Source: Nitrospirales bacterium
GTDB taxonomy: Bacteria; Nitrospirota; Nitrospiria; Nitrospirales; UBA8639
Direction: 5' to 3'
NCBI GenBank assembly: GCA_963555755.3
Contig: OY820905.2
Coordinates: 3,008,001 to 3,072,000, forward strand
DNA: 64,000 bases
Shown here: piece after piece, positions 21,027 through 31,940 of the stretch
Layout: every line of letters starts with the position of its first letter
Numbering within the stretch: position 1 is the first letter of the stretch
Notes under the pieces: generated by a model
Told to the model about the DNA's origin: nothing
The model's database searches: none
What the model saw: the letters and a program-made list of their open reading frames with translations, nothing else
Translations under genes and position numbers: made by a program

Positions 21027-21754
21027 TGGATATGGGTGGAACAGGAGACCGGCGGACAGAATGGTTCGTTCCCTCCTTTGGTCCGTTAAAGCTGAGGATC
21101 TGTATCGGTTTGCTCTTTCCTCCATATACCGGGATGGTCCTCGCTTTCACGGTGATCGGGTCGATGATGGCGGAGCATATTCATTGGGATCGTGTGTGTG
21201 CCATTGTGGTGATCTACTTCCTCGCGTTGGGGATCGGCGGTCATGCGCTGGATGCTCTGGGGAGCAAGGGCCTTAAACCGTGGGGGAATGTCCTTTCCGA
21301 GAAAGGGCTTCTCGTTCTCGCCATCACTTCCATAGTCGGCGGGTATATGATCGGTATCTACTACATGGTCCTCTACACCCCCCTGCTCTGGCTTATTGCT
21401 ATCCCGGAAGGGTTTTTCCTTCTGGCCTACAATCTGGAATGGTTTCACGGGCGCTTCCACACCGATACCTGGTTCGGCTTATCGTGGGGAAGTCTTCCCG
21501 TGCTAGCGGGGTATATCATTCAGACCAACCAGGTTTCGTGGGCGGTGCTCATGGTGGCTGCCTCCATGGGCCTGTTGAGCCTCGTGGAGATCAAGGCCTC
21601 GCGCCCGTACAAGAAAATGAAGCGGGAGCTCGCTGCCAATGGCAAGACAAGTGAGACAGATCAGATCCAGTGGCTTGAATCTATTCTGAAAAGCATCAGT
21701 ATGGGTATTATTCTCCTGGGAATCGGATTTTTGACCTGGCGTTTAAACGGATAA
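21027..21754 (+). CDS. multi-pass membrane protein (UbiA-like)
   Basis: About 7 TM segments, H..DAL and FHTD motifs. Confidence 0.65.
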
Positions 21755-22007
21755 GGGAGAGGCCATTCATGTCCTCACGATCTCATGAGAAAGATTTTCA
21801 TAACTATTGGAGTTTGGTGAAGCCACAGCTCGATCAAGGATGCCGTCAGTGGATCCCGGAGCTCTCACGGAGCCTTCATGTGCCTCATCAGCGAAGCTTT
21901 GGGCGGGAAGATCGAGGACGCGATTCCAAGGGCCGTGGCTATTGAATGTATTCAGGCTGCTTTGCGAGACACCCTTAGAAGTGGTTCGAATGCAGGAGCC
22001 ATTCTTC

Positions 22008-22733
22008 CTAACACTCCCGACCAAGACTGGAAGGAGCCTGTTTCCTCGCGGTAACAATCGCGGAACCATAGGCAGTTAAATATTCCATTCGGATATCGGT
22101 GAATCCATTCACCCGCAGAGCCGCGGTCAGTTCCGGAATCCAACGACTCTCCTGAATGAGATCGGGCAAACCGTAAAAGATTTCACGCCAGGCTGGAAAG
22201 AGAAGGCTTCCCAGACGCTGTAGCACGTAGAAGTGGAGACGCCACAGCCACACAAGGTACGCTTTCGGTGGATAGGTGAAATCATGCATGAGAAGGAGGC
22301 CACCCGTCTTCAGCATCTCTTTGATAGTGCAGGTAAGGCTTTTTAGATCGGCGTATTTGGCCAAGTAGGAGGAAACCACACAGTCGAAGGGCTCGTTGGA
22401 ACGGTAATCCTCCGCTCGGCTCGAGACAAACTCCACGTTGGTGCGTCCCAATCGCTGAATCTTGTTTCGCGCGAGGTTCAGGTATTCCTCTCGGAGCTCC
22501 ACTCCCACGATCCGACAGTTTGGATAGCGTTCAGCGAGGGCGAATGTAGAAATTCCAGTGCCACAGGCCAAGTCCAGGATTCGTGTGGCATCGGGTGGAA
22601 TGAGGTCAACAATTCTGCGTTTCCAGCGACGGTCAATGCCGAAGGTCGCGGCGTTGACCATCCAATCATACGTGGCTCCTGTCCCGGAAAAGAAACGGTG
22701 AACTCTTTCTAATTTTGGGTTGCCGGTTTCCAT
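22008..22733 (-). CDS. class I SAM-dependent methyltransferase (UbiE/MenG-like)
   Basis: YDWMVNAATFGIDRRWK, ILDLACGTG. Confidence 0.88.
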   Translation of the reverse strand: METGNPKLERVHRFFSGTGATYDWMVNAATFGIDRRWKRRIVDLIPPDATRILDLACGTGISTFALAERYPNCRIVGVELREEYLNLARNKIQRLGRTNVEFVSSRAEDYRSNEPFDCVVSSYLAKYADLKSLTCTIKEMLKTGGLLLMHDFTYPPKAYLVWLWRLHFYVLQRLGSLLFPAWREIFYGLPDLIQESRWIPELTAALRVNGFTDIRMEYLTAYGSAIVTARKQAPSSLGREC

Positions 22734-22783
22734 GTGTCCCTTCTATTGATTCGTCCGTATTGAACCGAGGTTTAAATACTTAA

Positions 22784-22924
22784 GGGCACCTCTAAAAACC
22801 GTCCTTTTCCGTGATGGCGGCGTCAGCCGCGTGCTCAAATCCTCATGTATTCGCCCATACACTCCGGTTTTCCGCGCGCGGCTTCCTTGCCCTCACAAAA
22901 AATGCCTGGTTTTTAGAGGTGCCC
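22784..22924. repeat. MITE with GGGCACCTCTAAAAAC TIR, TTAA flanks
   Basis: Perfect TIR; internally deleted copy at 25235-25293. Confidence 0.85.
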
Positions 22925-23069
22925 TTAAATTTTTTGTGACAACGACGAATTCGAGACCCACAGAATGCCAGGAGGGAATTTAGGTGGGGAATTTCGTTCG
23001 TGGCACCACCTGACTATTGCTTCAGTTGAACGCTCCACCCTTCCCGTACAAAAAAGGACAATGCAAACC

Positions 23070-24470
23070 TCATGGGATATCTCGAATTTGAATCGAATCG
23101 ACCCGTTGTTGAGCCAAGACGTCTGAGATAATCACGACTTTTTCCCCTGTGTGGAAATGTTCACGTTGTTTTAAAATCCTAAATGCGGTTTGCAAGGTTT
23201 TTTCAGGGTCTGAGCTAAAACTGATCCGGAAGGGAAACACTCCTCGATTGAGGGTCATGGTCCGACGTGATTGACTCATGTTGGTAAAGGCATAAATGTT
23301 TGTGGAAAAAGGACGACAATTTGAGACGAAATCGGCCATGATGCCTCTTCTGGTAATCACGACAATCCCTTTGGCTTGTAACCCTTCTGCGAGCTTGACC
23401 GCCGCGACTGCCAATTGCTGTTTATCTGCTGTAATGTGTAAGTGTTTCGCAAATTGCAAGCCTGGAATCGCTTCGGTTTTGGTCGCAATTTTTCGCAGAT
23501 GCTCAATACATTTAAGGGGATATTTTCCCACTGTTGTTTCACCAGATAACATAATCGCATCAACTTCTTCATAGACCGCATTGGCCACGTCCGTCACCTC
23601 GGCGCGGGTGGGGATCGGATTATGAATCATGGATTCCAGGAGATGGGTCGCGACAATTACGCGTTTCCCATATTCGGCGCACAGTCGTACAATTTTGCGC
23701 TGTACATTCGGCAAATCTTCTAGGTCGATTTCTACACCTAAATCTCCGCGAGCCACCATAATGCCATCCGATTCCTGAATAATATCTTCCAGATTTCGAA
23801 CCCCTTCCTGATCCTCAATTTTCGCAATGATTTTTATTCTCCCGGCTTTGCTGCCCATGAGTTGTTTTAATTGCCGAATATCCTTTGCCTCACGAACAAA
23901 AGACAGGGCAATAAAGTCCACATCTTGGGATAAGCCAAACACGATATCTTTTTCATCCTTTTGAGTAATAGCGGGTAGGTTGACACGGATCCCTGGTAAA
24001 TTGACATGCCGTTTACTTTTCAAGACGCCCCCATCCAGGACGCGGCATTGCATGAGTCGATCTTCTTTTTCCAGGACTTCAAGATTGATCAACCCATTAT
24101 CCACGGTAATCTTATCTCCCACATTGACTGTCTGGATTAAATCGGCATAGTTGATGTGAATAGAACTTTCTTCCACATCTATTGGCCCTCGCACTGTGAT
24201 GGAAATGATCGTGCCTTGCTTTAAATCTAAATCGTTAGCCAAGTCCCCTGTCCGGATTTCAGGACCTTGCGTGTCCAAGAGAACAGGAATAGGAAATTCG
24301 ACTTTTTTATTCAGCGTCTTGATGTGTTTGATCACTTTGGCGTGAGATTCGTGGTCTCCATGGGACATGTTCAAACGCACAATGTTCATGCCGGTGTCAT
24401 ACATTTTTTTCAACATCTCGTAGGATTCTGTAGCCGGTCCGATCGTATAGATAATTCTTGTCTTTTGCAT
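23070..24470 (-). CDS. pyk: pyruvate kinase
   Basis: TIGPAT, RLNMSHG, DTQGPEIRTG, IAKIE, MVARGDLGVE, PTRAEVTDVANA, MLSGET. Confidence 0.97.
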   Translation of the reverse strand: MQKTRIIYTIGPATESYEMLKKMYDTGMNIVRLNMSHGDHESHAKVIKHIKTLNKKVEFPIPVLLDTQGPEIRTGDLANDLDLKQGTIISITVRGPIDVEESSIHINYADLIQTVNVGDKITVDNGLINLEVLEKEDRLMQCRVLDGGVLKSKRHVNLPGIRVNLPAITQKDEKDIVFGLSQDVDFIALSFVREAKDIRQLKQLMGSKAGRIKIIAKIEDQEGVRNLEDIIQESDGIMVARGDLGVEIDLEDLPNVQRKIVRLCAEYGKRVIVATHLLESMIHNPIPTRAEVTDVANAVYEEVDAIMLSGETTVGKYPLKCIEHLRKIATKTEAIPGLQFAKHLHITADKQQLAVAAVKLAEGLQAKGIVVITRRGIMADFVSNCRPFSTNIYAFTNMSQSRRTMTLNRGVFPFRISFSSDPEKTLQTAFRILKQREHFHTGEKVVIISDVLAQQRVDSIQIRDIP

Positions 24471-24640
24471 AATTCTGTCCCTGGAATGTGAATGACCCTC
24501 AATTGTGCAATAACCCCTCAGATTCAGCAATGCGGGCGGTATGAGTGGGCGGCTTGACTAGTCGAGGCCCCGCCCCCGAACAAGGCCGATCTTCAACCTA
24601 GAAATGGCAGCTGGATCACAAAAGTCCGCGCAAGCTCTTA

Positions 24641-24903
24641 GGGTCCTTTACGAAATAACCGGTGGAATTGGCCGAGACGATTTTGGAGCGAGCCAAGGAG
24701 CGAAGAGCGCGCATACCGGGAGTATGGAAGCGATGAGCGACGCCGGCGTAGCCCAAAAGTGTCCGGCCCTTCGGGGAGGCCCATCTTTGGCCCGGGGCGG
24801 CGTTGCTCCTCGGTCACAGAGCCCCGCTAGGCTCCCTCGTCGCGCCTTGCCCCGATCACAAATTTGGGCCTCCCAATTGTCCCGGTTATTTCGTGACGGA
24901 CCC
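24641..24903. repeat. MITE with GGGTCC..ACGAAATAA TIR, TTA TSD
   Basis: TIRs and TTA on both sides. Confidence 0.8.
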
Positions 24904-25234
24904 TTAGCGCACCTGGCAAAACAAAAAAATGTCTCATCACCACTAAGGTGACCACGACTTTTTTTATTTCACCATGCACACCAATAGCTTACACGGCTTT
25001 TTTGTGCCCAACTGCCGTTTCTAGGTTCATGCGACGGGAGACCCCATCAGGATTTCCTCGTCAGGCAATCTGTTTACGACATAGCGGAAAACCATTACTA
25101 TAGCTCATGACTTCCGTAGGTATTGTCAACTTAACGAAAATTCCACCCCGAACACACAATTCGCCTCGAGATAATCCATTGATTTATCAGGACGCTGTGT
25201 GCTCTACACGTTCAATCAGCCAAATCTAGCTTAA

Positions 25235-25293
25235 GGGCACCTCTAAAAACCGTCCTTGCCCTCACAAAAAATGCCTGGTTTTTAGAGGTGCCC
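25235..25293. repeat. deleted copy of the GGGCACCTCTAAAAAC MITE
   Basis: Same TIRs and TTAA flanks. Confidence 0.85.
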
Positions 25294-25384
25294 TTAAGTT
25301 GACAATACCTTGACAGGGATTGTTTTACACCCCAATGGCGGCATGATTAGCAATGCGCCATGCAGACCCGGAAGAAGGTAGTAC

Positions 25385-25714
25385 GTGGCAGATCACCGAG
25401 CAGAACAACATAAAATAGAACAACTCAAGACACTTTTGGATCGTGACCCGAATGATGAGGTCGCGTTGTTTGGTCTGGGTAAAGCCAATCTTAAGGTCAA
25501 GAACTATGAAGAGGCTATCAGAGCATTAGAACGGTGTATTCAGGTCAACCCTGACTACTCTGCCGCGTATCAGGCTCTAACGGTGGCCTTGTATAAAGCT
25601 GGACAGAGCGACCGGAGTACCGAAGTCGGCCGCAAGGGCATTGAAATTTCCCAAGCAAAGGGAGACGTAATGGTGACCAAGCAACTCCAATACTTCCTAG
25701 GGCAAATAGAATAA
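25385..25714 (+). CDS. TPR protein
   Basis: TPR pattern; PDYSAAY; GDVM. Confidence 0.85.
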   Translation: MADHRAEQHKIEQLKTLLDRDPNDEVALFGLGKANLKVKNYEEAIRALERCIQVNPDYSAAYQALTVALYKAGQSDRSTEVGRKGIEISQAKGDVMVTKQLQYFLGQIE

Positions 25715-25886
25715 AACCGAAACAAACAGAAATGGGGACAGATTTATTTTTCATCTCCTATATTCTGAGAAGCTTTTCTAAGGTACAATCCGTCTTCAAA
25801 TCTAAGATAGATAGAGCGCGCGGATCTTGACCCGCAGGGTGGGTTTTCAATTTTTTCACTATAAGAAACATAAGGAGATAGGACTT

Positions 25887-26324
25887 ATGGACACACCACA
25901 ATATCCTCGGAGTCCGAAAATTCAAATTGGCGGCTTGGCCCATTTGGGTCGATTGTTTGACAAAATCCGGATGCGAAATGCCGGCCAGATTCCGGATTAC
26001 AATTACCTGACCGTGGGATTTGATAAGTATCTGCTCGATCTGTTGGAAATGACGGGTGAGGATTTGGAAACACGTGTTGTGCAAGGCGGGACCGATGAGG
26101 AAGTAGTGGCGTGGGTCCAAGAGCATGGCAAAACCCTGACGGACGAGGAGCGGACGCAATGGAATGACAGGATTTTAAACGGTGGCCCGCAAAATGAAGC
26201 AGCGCAGCAACGCTTTCAATCACGGCTCGCCGAGGTAGCGGCTAAACGCGGGCTTTCGGTGGAACAGCTTTCTTCTTTGACCCGGTGGGTCGATATCATT
26301 GAGCTGGATGAGGGACGAATGTAA
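25887..26324 (+). CDS. DUF5069-family protein
   Basis: YPRSP..IGGLAHLGRLFDKIR...IELDEGR; AAGGAG RBS. Confidence 0.85.
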   Translation: MDTPQYPRSPKIQIGGLAHLGRLFDKIRMRNAGQIPDYNYLTVGFDKYLLDLLEMTGEDLETRVVQGGTDEEVVAWVQEHGKTLTDEERTQWNDRILNGGPQNEAAQQRFQSRLAEVAAKRGLSVEQLSSLTRWVDIIELDEGRM

Positions 26325-27559
26325 GGAGATGATATCGTGTTGTTCCAGGATCTGTAGAATGGCGAGAACAGACCCCATACCGTTCTTGACCTTATCTTTG
26401 ATAGGAGGTCACACGACGTCAAGCGATCAACAGCGCCGGCGAGTAGTGCCGGTTCAGGTAGGGGGCGACGAGGTAGCGGTATTCACGTTCGTGAGCAAAT
26501 TTGTAGAATGTTGGGAAAAGTCAATGGTCATGCCTGCCCCTAATTCTAATCAGCGGTGTCAAAATGAGGTGAAATTTGAGGGCAACAACAGCCCAACTAA
26601 CCCCTGTTCTTTTCCCTAGCTCAAGACGTGTGATGGTGAATGATGTTGGGGGAGCCTTCCCAATAATTTCATTGACAGCAGGAAATAAGAGGCATAGCAT
26701 TTCCTTGTTGGGATGAAGAATCGTACTCTGGGAATCGCAAAGGAATTGAGCGAGGAGGCGGTTCCAGAAATAACAAGAGGGGGTCACATGATGAACGACC
26801 TCAATCCACCAAACCAGTAAGGCCCGCGGCGAGCGAAGTCGTGTGGTTCTTGTTTAGGCCTGGTAAGGAGAGTTGTCGATAGGAAGCCTCTCAGAAATAC
26901 CGAACATGCCCGTAGGCATGAACAAGGTCAGGAAGACCAAACTATAATTCTGGTGGCTCCACCGAGAGGAAGAAAAGTTTAAAAGAAAAGAAGAAAAGGA
27001 TTGTAATGATTGCAAGGAGGAACAATATGGAAAGAGTCCACTCTCCGGCAATAGATCCTGTATAGAAGAAAAGAAAACAAGGCTTCGCCGCCATCGGGTC
27101 AAAGAAAAAAATGTGAAGTACTGACGGTGTATGTGTCAGGAGAACTGCGGGCTCTCTTTCTTGTGAAAGAGGGCCCGTGGTGTTTGAAACCACGTTGCGA
27201 CTCCAAAGAAACTGACAGACCGTACCCGTATGATCAAAAAACTCATTCGAGGAAAGCAAAGGCAAAACTCGCTCATTGACTCCCCGGAAGTGGCAATTAG
27301 TAGTTCGCCACGCCAGGTAGTGGAAAAATCAATATGCGTGCCTAACCTACTTCCATGCCCTGTCGAGTCGACGGCAGGGCCTGGTCATGCGTGATTACTT
27401 CACTGACATCATTAGCGCTGGATGTATCATCCTCAGTGCAATCAATGATGCCCTGACAACTTTGTCGAAGAATGGGAAAGTCGTCCCCTGGGTGGCTGAG
27501 TAATTCTTGAACTCGTTGAAAGGTCCGATCCTCGAGCGTCGGTTTTTTTAAGCGTCGGT

Positions 27560-30500
27560 TTACAATTCACTGCCAGCAGGAAGACCAGCCAGTTCAGCTT
27601 CTAAGGTGGTCTGAACCCGCGAATATTCGTGTTCTATTTCCGGCAAAACATCTTCCAACTTATGGGCTTCTCCAGCACGGCCTTTCTCTTCAAGGGTACA
27701 GCACAGTTCCCCGAGAGGTAGAGCCCCTATGTTTCGACAACTGCCCTTGAAACCATGCGCGGCTTTCATCAACGAATCCGCATGGCCATCAACCATGGCT
27801 TGCCGGATCGCGGCAACGTGGGCCGGCCCATCCTGGAGAAATTGCTGGATCACTTCGATCAGGAAAGACGGATCATCACCGCTGAGTTCCTTCAATCCGT
27901 CTAACGTGGCTGCATCGAGTGGGGGATCTTGGGTTTCGTGGCTCGGGGTTCGTGGCTCGTCGCCGGTTGCTCGTTGCTTGAATCTCGTATCTCGTGGTCT
28001 CCAACAGACGCTTCACGCTTATCGTTTCACGAGTTTCCGTCTCTCGTTTTGAGATCTATCGTTCCAACACGGCTTCTAATTCTTCAGGCTTGACGGGCTT
28101 GGAGACAAAATCATCCATTCCCGCGTTCAGACATTTCTCGCGATCACCCTGCATCGCGTTGGCCGTCATCGCAATAATCACTTGATGCTTGTCGCTACCG
28201 ACCTCGCTATTACGCAGTGCCTTAGTTGCTTCATACCCATCCATTTCCGGCATCTGACAATCCATTAGCACCGCATCATAGGGAACCCGGGACACCGCCT
28301 CCACCGCTTCTAGGCCATTGGCAACGACGTCTACCCGATACCCCAATTTCTCTAACATCCGCACCGCCACCTTTTGATTCACCATGTTATCGTCGGCGAC
28401 CAGCAGCCGGCCCTCTCTACGCCGGACCGCTTCAAGTATGGAATGCTTGGTGACAAACTGTGCATCACTCCTTGCTGAAGGATTCATCACCATGATAAGG
28501 CAGTCCCGAAGCTGATGTTGATGAATGGGCTTCGTTAAATACGCGGAAATGCCAGCCTCCTGTACCAGAGCCGCCTCGCCGCGTCGGCCCATAGAGGTGA
28601 GCATCACCATCCGCGTACCCGCCAGCACCGGATCGGCTTTGACCTTGCGAGCCAACTCCACCCCGTCCATCATGGGCATTTGCATATCCATAATGAGGAG
28701 ATCGCATGGCTGACCATGCGCCACCGCATCGATCAACAAGGCCAGAGCCGCGGGTCCATCGTTCGCACTCAGACAGTCCATCCCCCAGGCTGTGGTGTAA
28801 TGATTCAGCAGCAGACGGTTGGTGTCGTTACCATCGACGACGCAGATCTTGAGGCCTTCCAGACCGTTTCCCGCCGCCACGTCACTCTCTGTTGGTTGGG
28901 ACTGCTTCTCCAGCCGTACCGTGAACCAGAAACAACTACCTTGCCCCGGAGAACTTTCGACCCCGATTTCCCCACCCATTAATTCCACCAGCTGTTTGGA
29001 AATGGCAAGTCCTAGCCCAGTCCCCCCAAACTTCCGGGTCGTGGAATTATCGGCTTGGCTGAAGGGTTGAAATAACCGACCCTGGGCCTCCGGCGTCAAG
29101 CCAAGGCCGGTGTCTTGCACCTCAATGCGCAGGACCACCTCTTCTGGCGTTTCCTGAACCGGCACAATGTGGACCACCACTTCGCCCTGCTTGGTAAATT
29201 TGATGGCATTGCCCACGAGGTTCATCAAAATTTGACGGAATCGGCCCGGGTCGCCGCGCACAGCTGTGGGGAGGGACGCATACACGAGCCCCACTAACTC
29301 CAACCCTTTGTCCTGGGCCTTGGCCCCGAGTAAATCCATCACCTCGCCCACCGCCACTCGCAGATCAAAGTCAATAATTTCAATATCGAGTTTTCCGGAT
29401 TCAACCTTAGAAAAGTCCAGAATGTCATTGATAATCGTGAGTAAGGCATCTGCGGAATGTTTGACTGTCTCCGCGCATTCGCGCTGTTCTTGATCCAGAT
29501 TGCTTTCTAACAAAATCCCCGTCATCCCCAATATGCCATTCATCGGCGTGCGAATTTCATGGCTCATGGTAGCAAGAAAACTACCCTTGGCCTGCGTGGC
29601 CAGTTCGGCCTTTTCTTTTTCAACGATTAAATTTTCATTACTTTTTACCAGGTCCTGATTCGCTGTCTCCATAACGTAGTGGGATAACCTTATGGTGCCC
29701 GTCATATTATTAAATGACTGCGCCAGTTGGCCGATCTCATCCTGGCTATTGATGGTGATGGTCTGTGTAAAATCACCGGCAGTCACTTTGTGTGTCGCCT
29801 CAAGCAATGCCTCCAGCCTTCTCACAATGCTGGCTGAAACAAACAATGCAGCGAATAGAGCAATCAGCAGGGAGAAGAATGTGCCTACAATGATCAGGAC
29901 AATCGTGTTTGATGCAGCAGATTCAGCCTGCTGCACTCTTGTTTTCATTAAGCTTTTTTCTGCATCATTAAATTCCGCTAATTCACTTCTTCTCGCATCA
30001 ACAATTTTCTTGCCTGTTTCCCTCTCAAGCAGAATCATTACGTCAACCAAGGACTCAGGAGTTTTGTTCATTTGCCTCCGAGCGGCGATCTCTGGTTCGG
30101 CAGCTTTGTGGATCCATTCGGTGGCCAGTTGTTCCAACTGATCTATCTTACCCATGAGCTCATTCTCAAATCCCCTGTCGGATACGATCGCTCGCAGTCT
30201 AGCAAAGTATGCGGGCAGTTTAATCTGCTCGCCGGCGATATATTTTTCCAAAAACTCCTCTTTTCCGGTAATCAGAAAGCCCCGCTGACTATCTTCTCTG
30301 TCGGCCATGGATTTCTCAATGATGTCTATGGCGAATGCTCCCTCCCAGTCTCCCCGTCCAGAGAAAAAGGTCTCGACCTCATGACCCAGAGCCATAAAAT
30401 TATCTATGATGTGCTTGCCTTTGCCACGAGACAGTATTTCTTGCAAGTGGGAGGCATCAACGGTAGCCTTGCCACCCTTCCTCGCATCTCAATCTCTGGT

Positions 30501-30910
30501 GAAGCCGCATGGGTGAGCCAGTTTTTTTCAAGCTGATCGATTTTTTCCAGTCGCGTGACTTGCGCCGGGTTATCACTGACAAGTGATTTTAGATTAGCGA
30601 TCTTGGTATCCCAGATTTGTTGCGCCGCATGAAAGGATTCCAGGAAAGGTTCTTTACCGGTGATTAAAAAGCCGCGTTCACCGGTCTCCATATCGATCAT
30701 GAGTGTGTTCAGTTCCTGTCCACCGGCGATCACTTGTTGGGAATGTTGTACCCACTGCGCATCATCCACCATTTTCCCAATGCTGAAATACACGACGGTG
30801 GCAATAATGATCATCAGCAGCAAGGGCACAGAAAACCCGAGTAGGATCTTTTGTCGAGTCTGCAATTGATCAAATGCTTGCCGACAAATGTTTATGAAAT
30901 AATTAGGCAT
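27560..30910 (-). pseudogene. double-CHASE3/HAMP hybrid histidine kinase with two receivers and Hpt, disrupted
   Basis: [43 protein letters not shown]; frameshift near 30470, TAG at 28056-28058, Hpt part out of frame. Confidence 0.85.
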
Positions 30911-31424
30911 ATGATTCGAAAGGTATTGTGAAATTTTTTCAATTATTCAACAGTCCCTTTACCCGAGTGGGGTGAAGAGTGATTTTTAATGAGCCGACCA
31001 CCTTGCGAACCTCTGGATTGCTCTTTGTCTTTTTCGGAAGAAACTGGATGAACTTTATGTAAGATCGTTTCAGGAAGAGGAATTGCCTAAGGGGAATAAA
31101 GTGTGAGTTCTTATTTGGGACTATTAAAAAATGCCGCCAACGGCGTTCTTATAGTTTGTTGCTGGTCATTCGTATTTTGGGATCTGTAATTCCCTCTTTC
31201 TTTTCCAGCGACGAGCGATGAACAACAGGTCCTCTGCTAACTTTAATTCGGCCTTTCCTTCGACAGGACGGCCTTTTTTAACCTGGATTCAGCAGTAGAA
31301 AATCACTACGGTGATGTCTAAGCTTTAGATAGATTCCAAATGGTGAAGAGATTTAATGAATTTTCTTCTCCAACCTGGCTGACCTGGTGTCCACGATGCT
31401 AAGATGTCCCCTTAGGAGGGACTT

Positions 31425-31742
31425 ATGGATATAAGCGTGTTTCGTGAGATGGTAGCCAAGAAGCCTGATGGATTTTTGGGACGATACGGTCTTGGGGATA
31501 AAATCATGCAGGGCGGCGAGAATTTTGAAGAAGCAGTGGAACATCTTCGTGTCGCTGTCGAACTCGATCCCGTGCATGTTGCCGCACACTTCGCGTTGGG
31601 TCGTGCGTTGGCAACCCTGGGAAGAAACGAGGAAGCCAAACAGGTACTCACCGCCGGAATTGACGCAGCCACATCAGGTCGTTCCAACGGAGGAGGGGAT
31701 CTCGTTCCCGAGATGCGCGCGTTAATCCAGAAGTTAGGATAA
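31425..31742 (+). CDS. TPR protein
   Basis: GGAGG RBS; TPR helices. Confidence 0.85.
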   Translation: MDISVFREMVAKKPDGFLGRYGLGDKIMQGGENFEEAVEHLRVAVELDPVHVAAHFALGRALATLGRNEEAKQVLTAGIDAATSGRSNGGGDLVPEMRALIQKLG

Positions 31743-31940
31743 TCCTTAATCCCAGGTCCCACTCGGCTCTTATCGTGGAAGGCCTATTTCCCAGTTTTCC
31801 TTGATCCCTTGGTGGAAAACTTGTTGGCGCGCCTGTGTGCACAGAATCATTTCTTAAATCCCCTCGCCCCTGAAGGGGGAGAGGGCGAGGGTGAGGGGGG
31901 ATTTCGAGAACAACCCAAAGCTCTCAATTGCAAACCTGGT

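Noticed and set aside
26400..27500. Short ORFs in purine-rich intergenic DNA
   Set aside because: No motifs, no clear RBS, and conflicting overlapping frames
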